Source: Vibrio alginolyticus NBRC 15630 = ATCC 17749 (GTDB lineage Bacteria > Pseudomonadota > Gammaproteobacteria > Enterobacterales > Vibrionaceae). Taken from it: 32,000 bases of DNA. The DNA is taken from positions 2,820,001 through 2,852,000 of the forward strand of contig NC_022349.1 in assembly GCF_000354175.2 (NCBI RefSeq), read 5' to 3'. The notes beneath the pieces are model-generated. The model made no database searches. It saw only the letters and a program-made list of their open reading frames with translations, and was not told the DNA's origin. The translations under genes were made by a program, and so were the position numbers. Positions 11,206-17,792 of the stretch are shown one piece after another (position 1 is the stretch's first letter; each line of letters begins with the position of its first letter).

Positions 11206-11282
11206 CAGATAAAAATCAGTAAGCTCATTAATCAGGGCTTACATGACAACCTCATTGCCCGCTCATTTGAGCGGGCTTTTTT
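11206..11282 (+). ncRNA. carZ: CarZ-like 3'UTR-derived sRNA candidate (5' end not determinable here)
   Basis: The carB 3'UTR folds as hairpin GTAAGC/GCTTAC (11219-11224 / 11237-11242), then a single-stranded stretch, then the terminator. The single-stranded stretch contains GACAACCTC (11245-11253), the exact reverse complement of GAGGTTGTC (6807-6815), which covers the carA SD up to the TTG start. As I recall, a carAB 3'UTR sRNA (CarZ) that represses carAB was described in V. cholerae. Confidence 0.5.
11257..11282 (+). terminator. Rho-independent terminator of carAB
   Basis: GCCCGCTC-attt-GAGCGGGC (11257-11264 / 11269-11276) followed by tttttt (11277-11282). Confidence 0.85.
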
Positions 11283-11700
11283 ATATCGAGGTTTTTCTAA
11301 AATGAAGAGCATTAAAGTGTGCTAGGAACGATTGGTATGCTTCGCTTTTGAAGATCATTAAGCTAATGATGGCAAGCAATGTACCCAAAGATGAAGAAAT
11401 AGTACTACCACTTGCTGCAACAAAATTAATGCTGCAAGTGAGAATGATAAAAGAGATAGTAAGTAAGTTTATTTTTGCAGCAATACTTAATCCTTTGCTT
11501 ATTGTCAGAATGTTTGGAATGCATACAACAACAACCGTAATAGCTCCCAATGTAAGAAGGTAAGTATCTAGAGCAATGTGTTGAGTGAAAGAAAACCAGT
11601 CATTCCAAATGCTCAAGCTAATAGCCAGACCAATAGTCAATGCCAAGTATAAACATATACTTAGTGAGATGTTTGCTATGCTAATTGATTTAGTATTCAA
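11281..11700 (-). CDS. Small polytopic membrane protein (about 4 TM helices), unknown family; candidate immunity/partner protein
   Basis: 139-aa ORF, almost entirely hydrophobic, with about four TM-length segments (SIANISLSICLYLALTIGLAISLSIW; LLTLGAITVVVVCIPNIL; INLLTISFIILTCSINFVAA; LGTLLAIISLMIF). Start is TTG at 11700, 8 nt after GAGGA (11709-11713). It overlaps the stop of the upstream gene by 11 nt. Low GC. I recognise no motif. Confidence 0.6.
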   Translation of the reverse strand: MNTKSISIANISLSICLYLALTIGLAISLSIWNDWFSFTQHIALDTYLLTLGAITVVVVCIPNILTISKGLSIAAKINLLTISFIILTCSINFVAASGSTISSSLGTLLAIISLMIFKSEAYQSFLAHFNALHFRKTSI

Positions 11701-12604
11701 CTTTCAATTCCTCATAGATTCCAATTGCAAGATTTCTTAACTCTCCCGAATAACCGCTTCCTACTATGCTAATTGAGCCTCCAATTGCATCTAGAAGCTG
11801 ATGAGAAATGGATGCGGATATTGTTGCTTGTGAATACCTCTTAGGAATTTCTCCTGACAACATTAGCTGTTTACGAGCTTTATTCGAAATGCTCGGAAGG
11901 TTTTTACGGATGATTTCTTTAGTTAATCTTGTTCTTTCTTGTCTGTTTAAGCCTTTTAGAATCTCGGGAACGCCTTTCTTAGTGGTTTGCTTAAGAGATT
12001 GAACCATTTTTATCGTTTGATATCCACTAGCGCCCGCTCCAGCTAAGGAGATGTAATCTAAAGCTTTAGTTGTATTTTGATACCACTCATTACTGTCTAT
12101 ATCCGATAATTTGTCTGGTGATTTAGATACCATACGGGTTCTTGCTACTCCAATAGCACATTGAGCTGTGGCAGCAACAGTAGCGGCGTGTGAGATATAG
12201 GACATAGTTACGCCCACAGGACCACTTACTGGTATTGTTAGCCCCGAACCAACTACCCCAATCCAGCCAATCGCTGCACCAATACAGCTAATGCTCGCTG
12301 ATAGAAGCTCTTGATTGAATCTTGATTTTGACTCTTCCTGTTTTATTTTTTTTGCAAATTCTTGAGATGATTGTAATTTTATCGGTTCTCGTAGAATGAT
12401 AAAGGTAGGATTGATATGGCATGTGGATTTAAAGTCTCTTAAGCGTACAACGGTGAATTTGTTATCAATATAAATTACACCCGCACCGCTAGTCTCTGGT
12501 TTAGCGTCAATAACGCTGAATAGCTGATTAACATTCACTATCTGTTCGATTTTTAAGCGTAATTGCTGCTCTTTTATTGATGGTCGAGTTAGTAAGGCTT
12601 CCAT
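11690..12604 (-). CDS. Hypothetical 304-aa protein: N-terminal soluble domain plus Gly/Ala-rich membrane hairpin; unknown family; candidate membrane-acting effector
   Basis: ATG-initiated ORF, long for this AT-rich context. Residues 99-154 (LLSASISCIGAAIGWIGVVGSGLTIPVSGPVGVTMSYISHAATVAATAQCAIGVA) form two adjacent hydrophobic, small-residue-rich helices. Two further Gly-rich patches occur (ISLAGAGASGY; AIGGSISIVGSGYSG). No signal peptide and no catalytic motif I recognise. Confidence 0.72.
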   Translation of the reverse strand: MEALLTRPSIKEQQLRLKIEQIVNVNQLFSVIDAKPETSGAGVIYIDNKFTVVRLRDFKSTCHINPTFIILREPIKLQSSQEFAKKIKQEESKSRFNQELLSASISCIGAAIGWIGVVGSGLTIPVSGPVGVTMSYISHAATVAATAQCAIGVARTRMVSKSPDKLSDIDSNEWYQNTTKALDYISLAGAGASGYQTIKMVQSLKQTTKKGVPEILKGLNRQERTRLTKEIIRKNLPSISNKARKQLMLSGEIPKRYSQATISASISHQLLDAIGGSISIVGSGYSGELRNLAIGIYEELKVEY

Positions 12605-12853
12605 TATTTTCGTTTTTTATCAGATTAAATATTTCCTATTAAGACAGCATTTTCTTTTTCTATCAAAATATTAAGAGGCTCTTGAGGTGAGGCTCTATAT
12701 TTGGATGTAATTGATATTTTTAATGTATCATTCTCTAGATTTATTGACTGATGAAAATTAGGAATAGATTGGTGTCTTGACTTTCCATTGGTAGTTTTGT
12801 GAATAAGTGCTACCGTTTCTTCCTCTTTGATACCTCTTCAAAAAGGAAGTGTA

Positions 12854-13633
12854 GTGGAAATCACGGTTGAAATTTTGTTGGCCTTATTTTTGGTTGCGAC
12901 TGCCGCAGGCTTTATTGATGCGATGGCTGGTGGGGGAGGGCTCATTACGCTCCCTGCGCTTTTGGCTGCGGGGTTGAGTCCGACTCAAGCTCTAGCAACC
13001 AATAAGTTACAAAGTTCGTTTGGCAGTTTCTCTGCTAGCTGGTATTTCGTGCGTAACGGTATTGTTAGCTTAAAGGAAATGCGTTTTGCGATACTCTGCA
13101 CTTTTATAGGCGCTGCAATCGGTGCCGAGGCTGTGCAGTTTATTGATGCTAGCGTACTCACCAGTTTGATCCCTGTTCTTTTGATAGCCATTTCCCTCTA
13201 TTTTTTACTCGCGCCAAGTACGCGAAAAATCGATGGAGAACCAAAGTTATCTGAAGCGATGTTTGCGCTATGCATTGGTGGCGGAATCGGTTTCTATGAT
13301 GGCTTTTTTGGCCCTGGGACTGGATCTATTTTTACTGTTTGTTTTGTTGCACTAGGTCACTTTTCTTTGGTCGAAGCCACAGCTAGAACCAAAATCCTCA
13401 ATTTTACGTCAAACATAGCGGCACTACTCTTTTTTATCTTAGCTGGGTTGCCAGTGTGGAAGCTTGGCTTAACTATGGCTGTTGGCGGTTTTCTTGGTGC
13501 TCAGTTAGGGGCGAAGGTCGTGGTAAGTAAAGGACAAAAATGGATTCGTCCTCTAGTTATAGTGATGTCGATGCTTATGGCAACGAAACTTCTTTGGCAA
13601 CAACATCAGCAATGGATTCTGTCAGTGCTTTAA
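12854..13633 (+). CDS. yfcA: TauE/SafE-family inner-membrane protein (YfcA homologue)
   Basis: Track ORF 12827-13633. I place the start at GTG 12854, 5 nt after SD aaaggaag, giving (M)EITVEILLALFLVATAAGFIDAMAGGGGLITLPALL... This aligns with the E. coli YfcA N-terminus (MFEFSLDTLLLLFAVAFVAGFIDSIAGGGGLITIPALM). The GFYDGFFGPGTGS motif is also conserved. Confidence 0.85.
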   Translation: MEITVEILLALFLVATAAGFIDAMAGGGGLITLPALLAAGLSPTQALATNKLQSSFGSFSASWYFVRNGIVSLKEMRFAILCTFIGAAIGAEAVQFIDASVLTSLIPVLLIAISLYFLLAPSTRKIDGEPKLSEAMFALCIGGGIGFYDGFFGPGTGSIFTVCFVALGHFSLVEATARTKILNFTSNIAALLFFILAGLPVWKLGLTMAVGGFLGAQLGAKVVVSKGQKWIRPLVIVMSMLMATKLLWQQHQQWILSVL

Positions 13634-14429
13634 CTCGTTCGCTGCGATATGTGCTGTGACGTAAGCAGATATGTATTGGTCGAACTAACTGATCTAGCTC
13701 TTCAAAGTCATAGCAGAACTTAGATGTGATATTAAGTGTCGTTAGGATAGATTTAGGGATTAAAGCGGGAGCCATACCTCCCAAAGCCAGTTGTGCTGCC
13801 GCAGTATACGAATCCATTTCCATCAAAGGTTCGATTCCGTGTTTGGATAAAATAGCTTGTTGATATGTGTTGGCAGGGTTAGTTAGGTCATTGGTCAAAA
13901 TAGCTTTAGGTAGTTGTGAAAGTGAATGTCGACTGACAATTGAGAAAGGTTCATCGGCGAGGTGAAGGCTCATTAATCCATGATGAGGTGGTAGATAGCC
14001 AGCGCAAAATCCCAATGTTGCTTTGCCTGATTTCACATTCTCAATAATGCGTGGCGTATGATTGGTCGATATTCGTATGTACTGATCATGGGCAAAGTGT
14101 TCTGCCATGATCATGCTGAGGTATCCAGCGACTAAGGTTTCAGAGCAGTCTATCTTGATCAAAGAAGTATCTTCTATTTGTTGTTGATCATAGATCTGAC
14201 CTCTTAACTCATTGAACGTTGGCTCGATCGTGTTGATGAGCGCAAGGCCATCGGAGGTCAGCTTTATGTGCCGACCATTTGGCTCTATCAATTTTTTTCC
14301 TAACTTCTTCTCTAGATTTGAAATACGTTTACTCACGGCAGATTGACTAATATAGAGTTGACTGCCTGTGCGGCTCATGGTTTTTTCTTTACTGAGGACA
14401 AGTAACGTTTCAATACCTTCAAGCAACAT
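13575..14429 (-). CDS. LysR-family transcriptional regulator
   Basis: 284-aa ORF with an N-terminal winged HTH (TMSRTGSQLYISQSAVSKRISNLEKKLGKKLIEPNGRHIKLTSDG) followed by a substrate-binding-type domain. Its 3' end overlaps the yfcA 3' end by 59 nt. Confidence 0.85.
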   Translation of the reverse strand: MLLEGIETLLVLSKEKTMSRTGSQLYISQSAVSKRISNLEKKLGKKLIEPNGRHIKLTSDGLALINTIEPTFNELRGQIYDQQQIEDTSLIKIDCSETLVAGYLSMIMAEHFAHDQYIRISTNHTPRIIENVKSGKATLGFCAGYLPPHHGLMSLHLADEPFSIVSRHSLSQLPKAILTNDLTNPANTYQQAILSKHGIEPLMEMDSYTAAAQLALGGMAPALIPKSILTTLNITSKFCYDFEELDQLVRPIHICLRHSTYRSERVKALTESIADVVAKEVSLP

Positions 14430-14511
14430 AATGATTAATGAAAGTTAGGAATGGTTGAGATAATTTAGCGAATTGCCCAAGAATTGGCGAATCAAATGAG
14501 CATAAATGAGA

Positions 14512-14534
14512 GGAGCCGACACTTGGTCGACTCC
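14512..14534 (-). terminator. Weak candidate terminator after yadS
   Basis: GGAGCCGAC-acttg-GTCGACTCC, a 9-bp stem with one mismatch. On the minus strand only a partly T-rich tail (ctctcatttat) follows. Confidence 0.3.
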
Positions 14535-14557
14535 ATGGTGAGTGATGTTGTTTGTGT

Positions 14558-15178
14558 TTAACGGTTAATGGCGAAAGTTGGCAGGGATAGATGCCAACGA
14601 ATCGCACCGAGACGTATAATGAGCGTTGAGATTACACCAGCGAGTAAAGCCGTTGAGTGGTCATAACCCATGTTTACCGCCATCGTATGGAAGATGCCGC
14701 CAATAATACATGCCGTAGCATAGACTTCACTTCTTAATACCATAGGAACTTCGCGAGCCAGCACGTCTCGTATAATGCCACCGCCACAGCCAGTAATAAC
14801 CCCCATTATCACCGCGACCATCCCAGATGCATTGTAGGCGAGTGCCTTTTCTACTCCTATTCCCACAAACACAGCGAGACCGATGGCATCACAAACGGGT
14901 AACACCCACCATGAGAGTCGCTTGGGTCTTCGAATAACAAGCATGGTTAGTAGACACGTAACAAATATCACCCATAAGTAAGTCGTATCTGTTATCCAAA
15001 ATACGGGAGTGGCACCAAGCGCCATGTCTCGGATTGTTCCGCCACCTATAGCAGTCACACTGCCGAGCACGATAACGCCGAATGGATCCATTTTTAAACG
15101 GCCCGCCAGTAATACGCCAGAGATAGCGAAAACAGCGGTACCGAACAAATCGATCATATAAAGCAGCATGGAGTCCAT
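14558..15178 (-). CDS. yadS: UPF0126 / TRIC-type inner-membrane protein YadS
   Basis: 206 aa. LLYMIDLFGTAVFAISGVLLAGRLKMDPFGVIVLGSVTAIGGGTIRDMALG and ...GVITGCGGGIIRDVLAREVPMVLRSEVYATACIIGG closely match E. coli YadS as I remember it. The position next to btuF and mtnN is the same as in E. coli. Confidence 0.88.
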   Translation of the reverse strand: MDSMLLYMIDLFGTAVFAISGVLLAGRLKMDPFGVIVLGSVTAIGGGTIRDMALGATPVFWITDTTYLWVIFVTCLLTMLVIRRPKRLSWWVLPVCDAIGLAVFVGIGVEKALAYNASGMVAVIMGVITGCGGGIIRDVLAREVPMVLRSEVYATACIIGGIFHTMAVNMGYDHSTALLAGVISTLIIRLGAIRWHLSLPTFAINR

Positions 15179-15247
15179 GTTACTTAGTACCTTTAAATAG
15201 TGTGAGAAAAAATGGGCGGAAATTGTACGGTATTTGCCACGAAATCG

Positions 15248-16072
15248 TTAGCGTTTTTGACGAACGCTTTTAAAGTGCTCACACACTTCCTTGATCGCGT
15301 TCAATGTGCGTGGTGTGGGACGGTTAATCCAATCAGAGTTTAGGGACCAGATGTGTTTGTTTTTAAGAGCAAGAAGCTCATTACTCCACTCAGTCCACAT
15401 ACCATCGTTACTCATTGCGTGACGAGAAGTAAAAATAACCTCTGGCTGGCGAGTAATGACTTGCTCGATGCTAACTTGAGGATAAGGCGCGCTAGATGCG
15501 GCGAAAATGTTCTCACCACCGCAAAAAGTAAAGACTTCACTTGGCCAGTTCTTTCCGGCGACAGTGATGATAGGCTTTTCACTCAACTGATAAAAGTAAC
15601 GAACTTTCTCGTTCGTGTTGTACTGTTCTTTTAGTGTACTCAGTTGCGTTCTAAAATCTTCAGCGGCCTTTTTTCCTACTTGTGGAGTTTCGCTGTATTG
15701 GCTGAGTTGCTCGATATTATTGGCGATATCTTCTAATGAACCTGTAGTGGAGTAATAGATAGGAATACCGAACTGTTTAATTTTCTCCAACTCTTTAGCG
15801 GGGTTTCCGGCTGGCCAAGCAATCACTAAGTCCGGCTGAAGAGCAATAATACGCTCTAATTTAATTCCTTGATAATTTGAGACTCTTTCTAGCTGCTTTG
15901 CCTGTTCTGGATAATCGCTCATTTCGCTGACAGCAACAAGCTGCTCTCCTAGCCCTGCTGCAAAGGCAATTTCGGTGGCATGTGGAGCTAAACTTATAAT
16001 GCGTTGAGCGGGTTGAGCGAAGGTCGCTGTCGAAACAAATAGCGTTAATGCGAAGCATAATTTATTCATCAT
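15248..16072 (-). CDS. btuF: Vitamin B12 ABC-transporter periplasmic binding protein BtuF
   Basis: The track ORF extends to 16282, but that part overlaps the upstream gene. Start at ATG 16072 (or 16069) gives MMNKLCFALTLFVSTATFAQPAQRIISLAPHATEIAFAAGLG, a signal peptide followed by the BtuF-type start of the mature protein (274 aa). The ATGA start/stop overlap with the upstream gene supports this start. Confidence 0.85.
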   Translation of the reverse strand: MMNKLCFALTLFVSTATFAQPAQRIISLAPHATEIAFAAGLGEQLVAVSEMSDYPEQAKQLERVSNYQGIKLERIIALQPDLVIAWPAGNPAKELEKIKQFGIPIYYSTTGSLEDIANNIEQLSQYSETPQVGKKAAEDFRTQLSTLKEQYNTNEKVRYFYQLSEKPIITVAGKNWPSEVFTFCGGENIFAASSAPYPQVSIEQVITRQPEVIFTSRHAMSNDGMWTEWSNELLALKNKHIWSLNSDWINRPTPRTLNAIKEVCEHFKSVRQKR

Positions 16073-17022
16073 AATCCTTGATAAATTATTCCTAAAAGCA
16101 AACTTTGGATTGCGATCCAAGCCAGGACGCGCCAAACGAGCAGCGTATGTATTTGTGAAAGGTGAATAGCCGATGGCGCAATGCGCCCACCGATTTTTGC
16201 GCGCTCTGCACGCACACCTTGATAGATAGCAGGGCCGCATAAAGACAGTTGTAGTTTGTGTCCGATAGTACATAACACCCAACTAGGTCCTGGTAAGGGC
16301 CAAGACTTCGCTTGCTGTTGTATTCCAGAGAGCACATTACTTGTATTCTTTCCGGCAGCTAAAAGTATGGCAAAGAGACGAAGTGGAATAATATCCAGAG
16401 TAGCAACCAGTTGAATCACAGGTTTACCAAAGGGCAAATATTGGCGTCGGCTAGGGGACCACACTCGCGCTAATTCTGTTGTGAGTCGATACATTAACGC
16501 ACCAATACCACCTGTTAGTGCGTACCAAAATAGCACGCCGATCACGTTGCGGCTGTATCCCATAATCAGGGTTTCTGAGCCAGCTTTACCTATGCCAACG
16601 ATCGAGAGGTTACCAGTGTCGCGATTAAGATATGGTTGCAGTAATGCTCGACATTGGGCTTTGTCTTCCGAAGAGATACTTGTGACGAGCTGTTTCGTTA
16701 ACGTTTCGCTGTTGCGCCAGTCTAGCGCAAGGATCAATAGAACCAGTTCATATAAAGGGATTTGCCAAACAAATGGCTTTACTGCAATCAGTAATATCAA
16801 GCAAGGAAACAGCATCAAGCCTAGTGCAAGACTGCCTGAGATTACACTCTGTGAGTAATTGTGATTATTGTTCACTTTGTTGGCTAGCTGTTCTGCTAGC
16901 TTTCGCCATAAAGTGATGGGGTGCGCTGAATGGGGGATTGGCACTAGAAGGTGCAAGATCAGTGCGCCCCACATTATAAGGAGCGCACCGTTGGCATAAA
17001 ATGACTGAAAAACTTCTTCCAT
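16069..17022 (-). CDS. CobD/CbiB-family integral membrane protein
   Basis: 317-aa polytopic membrane ORF. The overall pattern (N-terminal PITLWRKLAEQL, central ...GKAGSETLIMGYSRNVIGVLFWYALTGGIGALMYRL) resembles the CobD/CbiB family as I remember it. It sits between mtnN and btuF. Family assignment is from memory. Confidence 0.65.
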   Translation of the reverse strand: MEEVFQSFYANGALLIMWGALILHLLVPIPHSAHPITLWRKLAEQLANKVNNNHNYSQSVISGSLALGLMLFPCLILLIAVKPFVWQIPLYELVLLILALDWRNSETLTKQLVTSISSEDKAQCRALLQPYLNRDTGNLSIVGIGKAGSETLIMGYSRNVIGVLFWYALTGGIGALMYRLTTELARVWSPSRRQYLPFGKPVIQLVATLDIIPLRLFAILLAAGKNTSNVLSGIQQQAKSWPLPGPSWVLCTIGHKLQLSLCGPAIYQGVRAERAKIGGRIAPSAIHLSQIHTLLVWRVLAWIAIQSLLLGIIYQGL

Positions 17023-17033
17023 GAATGAGTCGT

Positions 17034-17729
17034 TTACTTAATGAGTTCCAGCATTTTGAATACCATTTCGGAAGAGCTTTTTGCTGCTAGAGGTAGGAAC
17101 TCATCAAAGCTCATTGGTGATTCTTTATCAGCGACATCAGAGATTGCACGCACAACAACAAACGGTGTGTTGAATTGGTGACAAGTTTGAGCGATAGCAG
17201 ATGCTTCCATTTCTACAGCGATAACAGACGGAAAGTGTTTACGAATAAACTCTTGACGCTCAGCAGTACAAACAAACGCATCGCCAGTACAAATTAGGCC
17301 GCGAACCGCATGAGTGTTTTCCATTTGTGCTAGGGCTTTTTCTGCTAAGTCCATTAGCTTGTCATCCGCTTTGAATGCAGCTGGTTGACCGGCCATTTGG
17401 CCAATTTCATAACCAAAAGCGGTTACGTCTGCATCGTGATGACGAACTTCTGTAGAGATAACTACATCGCCAAGGTTTAAGCTTGAATCGAAACCGCCAG
17501 CAGAGCCTGTGTTAATCACAACGTCTGGTTGGTATTCATCAAGAAGGATTGTCGTGCCCACTGCCGCTGCAACTTTACCGATGCCCGATTGTAGTACGAC
17601 GACTTCGACATCGTTAATTTGACCAGAGAAAAACGTACAACCTGCTTTATTTACAGTTTTGCAGTTTGTTATTGCTTGCTTCAGGATGGTCACTTCTTGT
17701 TCCATCGCACCGATGATACCAACTTTCAT
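17034..17729 (-). CDS. mtnN: 5'-methylthioadenosine/S-adenosylhomocysteine nucleosidase
   Basis: 231 aa. [18 protein letters not shown]..., ...INTGSAGG..., ...[30 protein letters not shown] match Pfs/MtnN. SD aagagag upstream. Confidence 0.93.
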   Translation of the reverse strand: MKVGIIGAMEQEVTILKQAITNCKTVNKAGCTFFSGQINDVEVVVLQSGIGKVAAAVGTTILLDEYQPDVVINTGSAGGFDSSLNLGDVVISTEVRHHDADVTAFGYEIGQMAGQPAAFKADDKLMDLAEKALAQMENTHAVRGLICTGDAFVCTAERQEFIRKHFPSVIAVEMEASAIAQTCHQFNTPFVVVRAISDVADKESPMSFDEFLPLAAKSSSEMVFKMLELIK

Positions 17730-17792
17730 AACACTCTCTTTAGGTAAATATTTTAGTTGGCCGAGAGTATAGCACTCCCCGTTGGCAGTTTT

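Noticed and set aside
11348-11563. 71-aa plus-strand ORF antisense to the four-TM gene; also 11808-12002 antisense to the 304-aa gene
   Set aside because: These are shadows of the minus-strand cassette genes. The minus-strand frames are longer and form a coupled pair with an SD.
12827-12853. TTG start at 12827 for yfcA
   Set aside because: GTG 12854 follows an aaaggaag SD and aligns with the E. coli YfcA N-terminus. The 9 extra residues are not conserved-looking.
14471-14485. AATT-n7-AATT (T-N11-A-like) motif about 45 bp upstream of the LysR gene as an autoregulatory LysR box
   Set aside because: Only the outer 4 bp are symmetric. Such motifs are frequent by chance in AT-rich DNA. This is not enough evidence to call.
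16073-16282. 70-residue N-terminal extension of the btuF ORF
   Set aside because: It lies entirely inside the upstream CobD-like gene in another frame. The signal peptide MMNKLCFALTLFVSTATFA begins at 16072, where an ATGA start/stop overlap occurs.
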